A stretch of DNA of 64,000 nt from Chiloscyllium plagiosum (lineage: Eukaryota). The position numbers and the translations under genes are program-made. The stretch covers positions 50,324,302-50,388,301 of the forward strand of contig NC_057719.1 in NCBI RefSeq assembly GCF_004010195.1, given 5' to 3'. This document shows, in pieces, positions 35,815 through 48,289 of this stretch. The first letter of the stretch is position 1; each line of letters begins with the position of its first letter. The notes under the pieces were generated by a model. It was not told the origin of the DNA. It worked only from the letters and a program-made list of their open reading frames with translations, and searched no databases.

Positions 35815-36640
35815 CAAACATAGAATTGGAAGGCTACTCGGACCCTCAAGCCTGCTTTGCCATTCAATAAGGTCATTGTTGATCTTATTACTCTAAATTC
35901 CCATCTTCCCCTTTCACCTTTCATCCCTTACCTACCAAGATTCTGTCTGCCTCTGCCTTACAAATATACAATGACTGTGCTGCCACTACTTTGGGGAAGG
36001 AAATTCTGAAGATACTCAACTCTCTGTGACTTTGTTCTTGAAATAGTCTCTGCATCCCTGTCTTAAATGGTTGACTCTTATTTTGAAATTGTTAACCCTT
36101 GTTCTTGATCCTCCCACAAGAGGAAATATCCCTAGTCAAGACCACTCAGGATCTAGTATATTTCAATCATGTCGCCTGTCACTTTTCATAACTCCAATGG
36201 AATCAAGCTTAATGTGTCCAACATTTCCTTTATAAGACAACCTACCCATTTTGAGTATTCGTAGATATTCTTTACTGCTTCCAATGCATTTACATCTTTA
36301 AATAAGGAGACCGATATTGTTTATAATGCTCCAGATGTGGTTTCACCAACGTTCTGTGTAACTGAAGCAATACCTCCTGACTGTGGTATTCAGTTCCTCT
36401 TGCACGAAATAACATATCTTATTACCTTTCCTAATCACTTGCTGTGCTTGCAGAATAACCTTTTACACCTAGATCCTTCTGCACAGCTCTGTGAAATCTC
36501 CCCATTTGTTTAACTTTTTTTTGTTCTAACTGCCAAAATGGATAATTTCGTACTTTCCCACATTGTGCTTCGTTGCCAGATCTTTGTCCATTCAATTAAC
36601 CTACATATATTGCTGTGTAGCCTTGTTTTGTTCTATTCAT
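35815..36640 (-). mobile_element. Decayed CR1-clade LINE 3' fragment
   Basis: Reverse complement of the CR1 tail and RT C-terminus. Confidence 0.7.
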
Positions 36641-36709
36641 GAATGAATTTCTTAATTGTGAAGTTGCTTCTTTGTATTTGAGCAATGTAACCAGTTAATT
36701 TTTTTTTAG

Positions 36710-36804
36710 GCACACCTATCAATAAACCACCTGTACTGGGCTACAAGGATCTGAATTTGTTCAAACTTTTCAGACTGGTGTATCGGCATGGTGGCTGTGA
36801 CAAT
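36710..36804 (+). CDS. ARID4A: ARID4A exon, ARID domain part 2
   Basis: poly-T AG| acceptor, |GTgagt donor; (G)[31 protein letters not shown], with ARID4A-type KPP/YKD/GGCDN residues rather than ARID4B-type KRP/YRN/GGFDN. Confidence 0.97.
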
Positions 36805-38737
36805 GTGAGTTGCCCTCATTTTTAGATATTGTAACAGAAAAGTGATATTTTCTTCAGTTCCAGGAACAGAGCAATGTCATGAGTTTATATTTTGCATTTA
36901 GTATCAGTTGGGTTTTTTTTTTTAAAATTGTATATTTTGTACCAAGGTTTTGTGTTCCAAGTTGTTCTGAGTTATTTAAGCTAGCAAATACAGTTTGTAA
37001 ACACATTCTCATCTTTTCATGCATAGGCACTGTTTCATGTGTGCAGTTGTAGGTAGATCAGGGATAGGCAGCCATCTAGGGTGGTGAGACAAGATGTTCC
37101 GCCTACCTCCCTTTATCGTATGAGGAGAGCGGGGTGCAGGCTGCTGCTCCGGGCTGTCGGCGCAATTGGCAATGAGTGAGCAAGAACATCCCAAGCCTAA
37201 AATGGCCATGGGACCTCGAGAGATCATGGGCAGGAAGAGACTTATTGCAGGCCTGGTGTCTAAGAGCCGGTTGGGAATGTATATTACACGGGGCAGGTAT
37301 AGTGCCTGCTGGCAGTCGTCATGGCTTTGAGTTATCAGATGATTATTAAATTAGTCCCACTCCAGCACTCATCCCTCAACACTGCAGTTCTTACCATTTT
37401 GAATTTTCAACCAATTTGTTTTTGAAAGTTATTGTTCATCATAATTAGCTGTAGAAACTTGCCCAATAAATTTTGCTTTGTTTTTTTGGTTGGTTACTTT
37501 AAATATTTGTCTTCTGGGTGTTGTTTCTCCCTGCTCGTTGGAACAGCTTAGCCATATTTAGATCGGACCCTGATTAACTGTGCACATATCTGTTATGTTT
37601 TCCTTGCTTTCCCTGCTCTAAACAGAATAATTCAGCTGTTCTCTTAAATTTGCTATCTTAATGACAGACAGATGAGTCCTAGTCAGTATTTAAGATGGTG
37701 ATACTAGGCTTTACCAGTTTTGAAAAGATTTACAAAGAACAGTAAACTTCTATCAGTTGAATAATTGTGTGGATATTGTTCTGTTTTGCTTTGTATCAAT
37801 TTCATGGTATAAAGCATGCACAAATAAACCTTTCGAAGTTGCAGTTCACATTTTACACAAACACTGTGTGACATTCATAAAAGCCATGTTTAAAAAAGAA
37901 ACACTGCAATACAGTTCAAGATCCCCGAATGATCTTTTTTATTAAACATTTTACACAGGTATATGAATAGGCAGGGAATAGAGGGATGTGGACTTTGTAT
38001 GGATAGATGGAATTAATTTAGAGTGCATCTTGCTTGGCATAGAAATGGTGAGCCAAAGGGCCTGTTCTCATGCTGCACTGTTCCATATCTATATTTGTGA
38101 CTTTTTTTGTATTGGAAGTTTGTTAGAAAGTACCTTGAAACCTCAGTTGTGTTGTTGGAAATTTATGATCATACAGATGGACATGATTGAATAATATGTC
38201 CTGAATGAAAGTGGCTCATCTGGTCTTGTGTCAGCTTTTGATGAGGTCGAAGTTATTTTACTTACATAGTTTGCCTGATTTGAATCCTGTAAGTTGAGAA
38301 TTACGTTTGATTTATATTGTTGAGTTTTATTCCATAAGTTAATTCCCAAAGGAAAACATAGTAGTTATTGTGGTTAAAGATGTTTTCATTCTAGCAGAAT
38401 TTAAGGAGTGAATAGTTATGACTATTGTTTTAATAATGTGCATTTCCTTTCCATTTTTTTGCTTCCATTGGCTCATAAGTATTTGTTTCAGTACTTGGAT
38501 TCTGTGGCACTGAATACTGTAATGTCTAAATAGTTAGCATTTTACCACAGGAGTTGAACATTTAAGTTGTTACAGCGACACTTCAGACAACTGGCTTGAA
38601 TGTCTGTCCTTCTTTGTCAGCTTGTTAGATCATATCAAAATGCTACCAGTTGATTAAGATGACATTGGGATGACCCTGGCCAAAATGGCACTAAAACAGA
38701 AATATTTTTGGCATTAAGTACACATACCAATCCCATT

Positions 38738-39480
38738 ATAGAGTCGTAGACATGTACAGCACGGAAACAGACACTTCAGTCCAACTTGTTCATGCCGATC
38801 AGATATCTCAAACTAATCTAGTCCCACCTGCCAGCACCCTGCCCATATCCCTCCAAATCCTTCCTATTCATATACCCACCCAGATGTCTTTTAAATGTTG
38901 CAATTGTCCTAGCCTCCACCACTTTCTTAGGCAGCTCATTCCATACGTGTACCACCCTCTGCATGAAAAAGTTGCCCCTTTGGTCCCTTTTATATCTTTG
39001 CCCTGGATGTAGGATTGCTTGCTGAGCTGAAAGGTTTGTTCCCAGATGCCCCGTCACCATACCAGGTAGCATCCTCAGTGAGCCTCCGAATGATGTTACC
39101 TAGTATGGTGACGAAACGTCTGAATACGAACCCTCCAGCTCAGCGAGCAAACCCACATCCAGAACCTCCACCTGAGCTACAAATCTTGACAACTCGCTAA
39201 TATTTTTCCCCTCTCACCCTAAACCTAAGCCCTCTAGTTCTGGACTCCCTCACCCCAGGGAAAAGACTTTGTCTATTTATCCTATTCATGCCCCTCATGA
39301 TTTTATAAACCTCTATAAGGTCACCCCTCAGCCTCCGAAGCTCCAAGAAAAACAGCCCGATCCTATTCAACCTTTCCCGATAGCTCAAGATCCTTGTAAA
39401 TCTTGACATCCTTGTAAATCTTTTCTGAACCCTTTCAAGTTTCACAACATCTTTCTGATGGGAAGAAGACCAGAATTCCA
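38738..39480 (-). mobile_element. Young CR1/HER1-like LINE 3' end interrupted by a PLE mini-element
   Basis: KLERVQKRFTRM...RLNRIGLFFLELRRLRGDLIEVYKIMRG; reverse complement of 34900-35413. Confidence 0.9.
39005..39198. mobile_element. PLE fold-back mini-element (family 2)
   Basis: Homologous to 9098-9333; right arm starts inside the hammerhead core (gatGTTACCtagtatGGTGACGAAACGTC); TSD-like tatatctttgccct / aatatttttcccct. Confidence 0.83.
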
Positions 39481-40696
39481 TCTCCAAAAATCCACCAGCC
39501 CCAACTCAGAACAGCACTATATGAGCCAACTTAAACTGAATCTCAAGCATCAGGTGAGCACTTCAATGAATTGAAATGCAACCTTACAGAATATCTATAC
39601 ATCATTACATTGAGATTTAACAGAGTCCCTTGCTAAGAAACTTAGCTATGGGATAAAACACAGGCCCTTTCTTGCCCTTGTGTCCAATGTTTAATCGAAC
39701 AGTTTAGGAACATATTTTTGAAAAGTAACAGCTGAGATGTGTGACATTACAATATCTCTTATCAACTAATTTTGAATCACACGTTACTATAACGTATTTG
39801 TGGTGTTTTCTCATAACTATTTTGCAGCGATTGAACTGATTCAAACTATCAAGAATAATCAGAGCTCCCTTTCGTGTTTTGGTGATGCTTTTGTATTCAG
39901 CTAGAGCAGCAATTGGCATAAAATAAATTTAAACTAACTGACCTAAGACTGGAATTTGTGAAGTACTGAAACTTTCCAACTTTTTCATGCATTACAAATC
40001 ATATGTGAGATGAGCACAAAGGGATATGCATCAAAAAAGCTGTTTAAATAAGTATTTATGCTTCAGTGATTGTTTCATTGTAGCTGTACAGTCTTGAATT
40101 GCCAAAATACTCTGAATATTTTCTCCTGTCCTATAATTGGCTGTACTTGAATTCCTAAATTAATTGACATCACTGCTTTTTGCTTTCAGCAAAATATGGC
40201 ATGCAAATCTTGCACTACAGTATTGAAATTGTGCACATGAAATAAATTTAAATACATTAAAATTTTTCATGTTAATTAGATAACATTTAAGTGATAGTTA
40301 GGTGGAAAATTTAGAGCTGCAATCAATGTATGTCGTTATATTAACACATGACTGATGTGTGTCTGTGGTACATTTTTGGTAGTTGTATATATTTAAAACT
40401 CAATTTTATGTGTAAATTACTTAATGACACACATTATTTTAACAACCTTTCTAAAGATCCCACCATTCTTTAAAATCTCTCAACAGAGTTACACATATAA
40501 TTTTATAACTGGAAATTCTCAATTCATGATTAAAGCAATGTGTCAAATTATTCTTAATTTATTAGAATTGATTGTGTTAACTCTATTCCTGTAACTGTAA
40601 ACCTAAACAGAATTCCATTAATGAGGAATTTTAAATTGTTGCATTTTTTTCCTGTTGTCTATCTGAAATATAGTTACTAAATTCTGCTTTATGTAG

Positions 40697-40794
40697 ATTG
40701 ACAGTGGTTCTGTGTGGAAACAAATATACATGGACCTTGGCATTCCAATTCTGAACTCTGCTGCCTCTTACAATGTAAAAACTGCTTATAAGAA
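40697..40794 (+). CDS. ARID4A: ARID4A exon, ARID domain part 3
   Basis: atgtAG| acceptor, |GTaagt donor; [32 protein letters not shown](K). Confidence 0.97.
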
Positions 40795-41889
40795 GTAAGT
40801 AGTTTTGATATGTACAGAATATTTATATTCAATTTGCTTGTTGGCTTTTATTTTATTGTTTTATATGGTGTATGACCGCTATAATTCATTTTAAAATCTT
40901 CTTGGGAAGACAGTGAATTTTCACACCTTCATGTTTGTATTTCTCCTTCAATCCTCTTTCGTGGCATTTCCATGAATAGGGCAGGCATGGTTACAGATGT
41001 TTGAAGCAAGTATTGTAATTCAGAAGAAACTCGTGCTTCTATAATCTATTTTGCAATGTACTAATATTCTGAAAAACACAGTTATTCAGAACTTTATTCA
41101 TTTGGATTCTGTTCAAAATAAAACGCACTATCTCCATTTATCACTGAACAACATGACCCAAACCACAAGTTGCAGATTCTCAAACATTTTCTCAATTTCT
41201 TAGTTGCAACTTGTTAATATGGAATGTGTAAATCCTTTCCATTTCTCTGTGTGGCCAGGACAGACTGAAGAGGTAAATGACCAGGTAACTTTCCTGATTC
41301 CACAAACTTGTGTATATATAATTCCAAGAATCTGTTTTAAGAAAAGTGTCACCAGACTGAGTGCTGATAAGGGGTAAGTACAATAACTGGTGTGATTCTC
41401 CGTGGGTTTTTTTTTAACAGAAATGTGTATATGGTCGCTTGAGGCAACTGTCTTACCTGATGAAAGGTTAACACAGGGCAAAGGTATTTTCTAAATGTGC
41501 TAGGATTGCCGTTTGAAACTGTTCTGTACTCAAGATTCTGCTGCCTGCTACTGGCTGACTTTTTTTTATTGTGGATATGAAATAATACAGGTTTATAAAA
41601 GGAAAAGAAAGTAAGAACACAAGAGTAATCTCTTTCTTCTAGTCAAGATTTTGTCTTGTATTTAGTTTATCAAGATACTCCAGTGGGTCAAACCTTGCTC
41701 ACTATGATTCAAAAATGTGCTTTTACTCACCAATTTGTATTGAACCCAGGGCATCTTCCTTAGCTTAAAAAGGAAGTTGAATAACTAGACCATGGCATTG
41801 TCTATAAATGCGAAACATTTTATGAGAAACAATGTGCATTTATATAGCATCTTTTATGTCTCCAGATGTCCCAAAGCGCTTTACAGCCT

Positions 41890-43510
41890 GAAGTGTTTCC
41901 AACCATCTTCAGACAGAAGTGCCAAGTGGATGATCCTTCTCAACCTCCTCCTAAGTTCCATATCATCACAGATGCCAGTCTTCAGCCAATTCGATTCACT
42001 GCACGTGACATCAAGAAACGGCTTAGTGCACTGGACACAACAAAGGCCATGGGCCCTGACAACATCCCGGCTATAGTGCTGAAAACTTGTACTCCAGAAC
42101 TAGCCGCACCCCTAGCTAAGCTGTTCCAGTACAGCTACAACACTGGCATCTACCCGACAGTGTGGAAATTGCCCAGGTATGTCCTGTCCACAAAAAGCAG
42201 GACAAATCCAACCCGGCCAATTACTGCCCTGTTAGCCTACTCCCGATCATCAGCAAAATAACGGTAGGAATTGTCAACAGCATATTCAGATGGCATTTAC
42301 TCATCAATGGTCTGCTAACTGATGTTCTTTCTGGGTTCCACCAGGACTATTCAGTTCCAGACCTCTTCACAGCCTTGGCCCAAACATGGACACAAGAGCT
42401 GAATTCTAGACATGAGGCGTGAATGCTCTTGACACCAAGGCAGCATTTGACTAAGTGTAACATCAAGGAGGAGCCCCCAAAAAATCTAGGACCATGGTAG
42501 TCAGAGGGGAGAATTCTCTTAGTGACTGGAGACATACCTGGCACAAAGGAAGATGGTTTTAGTTGTTGGAAGTCAATCTTCTTGGCCTCAGAACATGTTT
42601 GCAGTAGTCCTGAGGTCAATGTCCTAGACCCAGCAACTCCAGCAGTTTCATCATTCTCTTTATCTTGGTCATGGCCAACATGTGGCTGACTGTTGTTTTC
42701 ATCAGTTGCATCTCTTTTTGCAATTCCTTGGATAATATAGCTTCATATGCCTCTATATAACAACTTGGATAACATCCAGGTTTGTGCTGATACGTGGCAA
42801 ATAGCATTCATTCCAGGAAATGGCCATCTCTAACAAGAGAGAACCTATTCACCTTACAACGAAATTCAGTAGCATTATTATCATTGAATCCCATCATCAA
42901 CTTCCTGGGGGTTATCTTTGATCAAACTGCACTAAGTATTTCAATGCCAAGACTGTTGATGCAAGTTGAAGGACCATGCTGTGCCTCACTTCCTTACTCC
43001 TGCCCAAAGCCCCTCTATCATCAGCAAGGCACAAGTCAGGAATATTCTCCTTTTGCCAGGATAATTAGATCTATAGCAACAAACAGGAAACTTGACATTG
43101 TTGAAGGTGAGGACAAAGCTGGCTGCTTGACCAACTCCATCTATTAGTGTAAGCATCCACCTTATATTCAGTTAGTCTCATGTAGTCTATTGTGTACTAT
43201 TTGTTTGATACACTGGAGCAACTGGCTAAAACTTCGCAGTAGAAACCTGTGACCTCCACCAGCTGAAAGGACCACAGCAACAGGTGCATGGAAACACTAC
43301 TTACTCCCAAGTTCTTTGCCATCCTGACTTGGATACATATATCTCTTTTCCATAATTCTTGCGATGTCAAAATCCCAAGACACACTTGGTAGCACTATGG
43401 GAACATCTTCACAAGAACAGCAGTGTTCAGAAAGAACAGCCACCACGACTTTCTTAACTATATCGGCAAAAATGCCATCCCTGCCATTGAAACCCATATC
43501 TAGAAAATGA
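41890..43510 (+). mobile_element. Non-LTR LINE (CR1-group, second family) RT fragment
   Basis: KAMGPDNIPAIVLKTCTPELAAPLAKLFQ; AQVCPVHKKQDKSNPANYCPVSLLPIISK...GFHQDYS. Confidence 0.88.
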
Positions 43511-46033
43511 ATTTTTATAACAGAAGATCTTTCAATATAACCAGTTTTGCTTTGTAGGAACATCAGCGAATGAACAAGTGAACAAAAGCAACAACTTAGA
43601 TTTATCTGTAACTGTAGCCAAAAATGTCCATTTTGGGAATATAGAAGATGTGACAAGTGGTGTCTGCAATGCTAATCTGCAATATAAACATTATATGCAA
43701 CTCTAAATATTAATTTTGATATAGCACCTTGCTACTAGCAGTCCTGATGAGTCTCTGGCTTAGCTATTATCTTGATTTGCTCCTGACAGGCCTATCAATT
43801 TGAATATAATAAATAATTCTACCTAAAGTAAAAACCAAGGGTAATTTCAACGTTTGCCCTTTACTTGAATTGATTGGCTTAGCTTCTCTTTTGGATAATG
43901 AGCCTGGTATGGAATCTTGTTTTGAAAATGTACAAGCTTAGACATTTTCTGAGAGCACACTAGAAGTACTACTGGTTTCTTTGCATCATGATGTATCAAG
44001 TCTGTGGAAATTCCTATTAGTTTTGATTGGTGTAAGGGATATTGTTTTATTGTATTTTTGGACTCTCCTGTGCCATAGAGCTGTCTGTGTCTTGGTATGC
44101 ATTTGCCTGGATGACTCTGTCCAAAAACACTCCAGTAGCTCAGTACCATCCTTGACAACACAGCCTGATTGACACTCCATCCAACATGTTACGCATTTAT
44201 TCCCTTCACATGCAACACTCAGTCATCATGAAATTATCTACTACTTTTGTCTCTGGCCATGGCTTCCCTTTTAAGTATGGAGGTGTAGTACCTGAAAGTA
44301 GATAAAAATCACTTCTCCAATTGATTTAAGGCACCTGAAATTCAATTGCATCTGGTGTTAAGAACTGATTTTTTTTTGGATGAGTAGAATGTTCTAATTG
44401 GGTAGCATACAAATGGAGCTGTAGATCTGTTTGTGTTTAGGTCAGCTACCACATTTTCTGCTGTTTTCCTCGGTTCAGTTTGAACTTTGACCTTGATGAT
44501 GTGTAATTTTTAAGTGTGATGCAGTACCACATCAAGGTAAATGAGATGGAAACAGTGATAATGGAGGCATTAGGATTCTCTTGTGATGTATAGCTCAGTA
44601 ATAGCTGTTCACTGTTTGAAATGCCTGTCTTTCCCTAGTACTGGCTGAGTATTTAATGGACCAATGCCAATGGTACCAATAGAATAAAAATTAAAAAAAC
44701 AACAGAGCGCAAGCCTTACGCATTTGAGGCATATACTTGAATTAGACTTTCTATTTGCATTTTCAGCAGCCGATCGTTTTGACTTTTGGCTCACCAGTAT
44801 GTACATTTTAAATCTTAATCTGTCTTTGCTGTTTCCCTTTTTATGGTATTTCTTGTGCTTGACTTCTTTTTTCTCTCGTTTTTTTATCGACTAAAAATAG
44901 TATTACCCCAATTTCCAATTTCTTTCTTTATTCTGGAATGCCCAATAACAATTAGTTTGATGTCTTCAATTTGGGTTTCCACAGCATTGAAGAGACTGAA
45001 ATTGCACTCAGATCACTGAACCCTTATCACTGAGATCATTGTCCACACCTTTCCTTTTTCCCCTTTCTTTCCTTCCTTTTACCTTCCTTCCCTTTCCTCC
45101 ATTTTATGACTGTCCTCTAGTTCACTTTTTGTATCGGTCTTTTCTCTCCTGATACAGTCCATGTTTGCCATTTGTTATTCATTGGCATGATTCAAATTAA
45201 TTATTGCTTCTATAATCACAACAAAGGAAGTTGCCCATGTCTTCCTGCCTCTTTGATCAAACCCATGGCTTTTGCCTATATCTTCAGCTGCCTAAATAAC
45301 ATCAAATCCTAGATAAGCTATGTTGAACGGAATTTAATGTCAGCAAAATTGAAGCATTCTTCTATGGCTCAGTATTTGTGTTTTTCTCCTTTAACTCCAT
45401 CTACATCCTGATCTGCAAGAAGTCTTGGGCTACATCCATAGGTACAGTCTTTCTCTGATACAGTACAGATACTCTGCTAGAACCTGCGGTCACTTTCCTA
45501 TCTTGTATCTGACCAGTGGATTTAATTTGTTATCTCCAGAAAATTACTTCATTTAACCTGATCACATCCTAATTCACATTAGGTTGGAACCTCTTGTTGC
45601 TGTTGTTGCTGACATTTCTTTTTGCACACCTCATTAACTAGCTGTGAAACATCACAGTATAATGATTGGAATAGTCTATTTTGGACTGAGATGAGGAGAC
45701 ATTTCTTTTCCAGAGAGTCGTGAGCCTGTGGAGATCTCTGCCACAAAAAGCATTTTAAGGCTGAAACATGGAATGTTTTGGAGAAGGAGTTAGATGTAGT
45801 TAGGGCTAAAAAGATTCGAGTGTATGGGGAGAAAGCCGGAATAGGGTTCTAAGTTGGATGATCCCTAATGATTGTGTTGAATGGTAGAGCAGGCTTGAAG
45901 GGTCTACTCTTCTGTGTTTCTAACCCAGAAAGCTCTGGTTTTGCATTTTTCTCCATCAAGACATTTGTTTTTCCTTGACCTTCGTGCTGCAGAGAATCAA
46001 ATATGAGTTACGACGCTCCTGAATTTGTCCAAG

Positions 46034-46345
46034 GTGGGCAGCACGGTGGCACAGTGGTTAGCACTGCTGCCTCACAGCGCCAGAGACCCGGGTTCAATTC
46101 CCGACTCAGGCGACTGACTGTGTGGAGTTTGCACATTCTCCCCGTGTCTGCGTGGGTTTCCTCCGGGTGCTCCGGTTTCCTCCCACAGTCCAAAGATGTG
46201 CAGGTCAGGTGAATTGGCCATGCTAAATTGCCCGTAGTGTTAGGTAAGGGGGTAAATGTAGGGGAATGGGTGAGTTGCGGGTCGGTGTGGACTTGTTGGG
46301 CCGAAGGGCCTGTTTCCACACTGTAAGTAATCTAATCTAATCTAA
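46034..46345 (+). mobile_element. HE1-type V-SINE
   Basis: Near-identical to 457-776 with a small 3' deletion. Confidence 0.92.
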
Positions 46346-46349
46346 TATG

Positions 46350-47500
46350 GAGCTCTAATTGTCAAACACAGGAAGAGGCCAAAGGATGAAACCTTGGCTA
46401 ATGAGATGGATTTTACAGAACACCTGAAAAGGAGACCGAGAGAGAGAGGTGATGTAGGAAATTAATTCAAGGGAGCAGAACCTCGGCCGCAAAAAACAAT
46501 TATTGAGATGCTTTGGTAGCCTTTAAATGCACAAGAGTACGGAAGAATGGAGTAGGAGGTAGAGGAGGTTTTGAAATGAGTGTAAGGATGCAATCAGGGA
46601 AGACCCAAAGCATACATGTGAAAATATTAAATTTAAAATGTTGAACCTTGAGCTAACATAGACCAGTGAAAGCTAGTGATGGGCAAATGTTACTTTGGAT
46701 ACATATGGTTTTGGATGAGCTGATATTTGTAGTGGGAGGAGAGTGAGAGGTCAGCCAGCTGAGCATTCACAAGGCAGTTTGAAAATGACAAAGGTATGAA
46801 TGAGGGTTTCAGAAATACACAAGCTTAGATAGCAGGTGTAAACTCAATGTCAGAAAAGCCATCCAGAAGTGCAGAGAAATTGAGTAAGTTGAGACAACTG
46901 AGGCCGTGCTGTCTGCATCCCTGTAAAAGCTAATATAATTTCTTTGGATGATGTAGCCAATGGATAACATGTAAATGGGCAACCAGTGAAGACAGACGTT
47001 TTCATGGATTTCAAGAATCTGAACTATGGCAAGTAAAGGGAATGAAGGTGCTTTTTAGATTAGATACCCTACAGTGTGGAAACAGGCCCTGAGGCCTAAC
47101 AAGTCATACCGACCCTCCGAAGTGCAATCCACCCAGACCCATTATATTTACCCCTGATTCATGCACCGAACACTATGGGCATTTTAGAATGGCCAATTCA
47201 CCTGGTTTGCACATCTTTTTGGACTGTGGTAGGAAACCAGAGCACCTGGAGGAAACCCACACAGACACTGGGATGATGTACAAACTCCACACAGACAGTC
47301 GCCTGAGGCTGGAATCCAATCTGGGTCCCTGGTGCTGTGAGGTAGCAGTGCTAACTACTGAGCCACTGTGCCGCCCTGCAAGTGTAAAAAATTGAACCAA
47401 ATAAGGGCAGTTTCACAATTGGACAATGGACAAGGAGCATTGAAGGAAGATTCTGTGGTAACTGTGTTGAAAGTTCAAGGGAGCAATCACAATCAGTCAC
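46350..47500 (-). mobile_element. Very old L2-like LINE remnant
   Basis: Purine-rich pattern resembling the antisense L2 3' region; no ORF left. Confidence 0.4.
47056..47376 (-). mobile_element. HE1-type V-SINE (slightly older)
   Basis: Reverse complement of head, V-domain and tail. Confidence 0.9.
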
Positions 47501-48289
47501 TGAAACTGTTTGATGCTATGAGAGGAATATAAAGGAATGGAGGGCTTCAAACAAGATCAAAACTCTCATCCTCAATTGTAAAATTTTCCCATAACATTCT
47601 GCCTCCAAATCTTCATAAAATTCTCCAATCTGATGACCTTATAAATTCTCTTAACATTTTATTTCCACCAGTTGAGATCTTATTTCTCAGTTTTACCATT
47701 AACTTAAATGAGAGAAAATTCAGTGCATTGTGCAAGCACATTCAAGGCATCTGTTTAGAGTATTATTCTTTTTAAAGTTGCTGATGAAACTAAGTAAAAT
47801 TTTATTTGTTCAAATTTCAAGTACACTATTCTGCTAAGACATTGGGATCAGCATGGTAAAACAAGTGGTGACAGTTAATTCTTCTCTCCTGGAATTCTTC
47901 AATCAGAAAAGCAATTGATTTTATCAGATACAATACAATAAAATACCTCAATCTTTGAGATCCAGATCTACTCAAGAGTTACCTTCTAAATGTGCTGCAA
48001 TATTTCCAATAAGGGCTTTGTTTGTTTCCCTGAATCTGCTCTTGATAGATCTGAATTTCATCACAATCTGCTGTAACCTTTTCAAATAAGAACTTTTTTA
48101 AAAAAAGTCGTCATTTATTCAGATTTGCTAGTTTTTAAAATTTCTCCCATATATTTTTAAAAATACAATTCTGAGAATATTTGTGCGTATGTTTCTCACG
48201 TTGGATGTAAAATATACAAAGTTCATATAGATGACCATCTTTGACTGAATTAATATGATAGAATCTTAGAGTGAAAGATATAATTTTTA

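Noticed and set aside
32291..40794. Assignment to ARID4B
   Set aside because: ARID residues ([28 protein letters not shown]) match ARID4A as recalled
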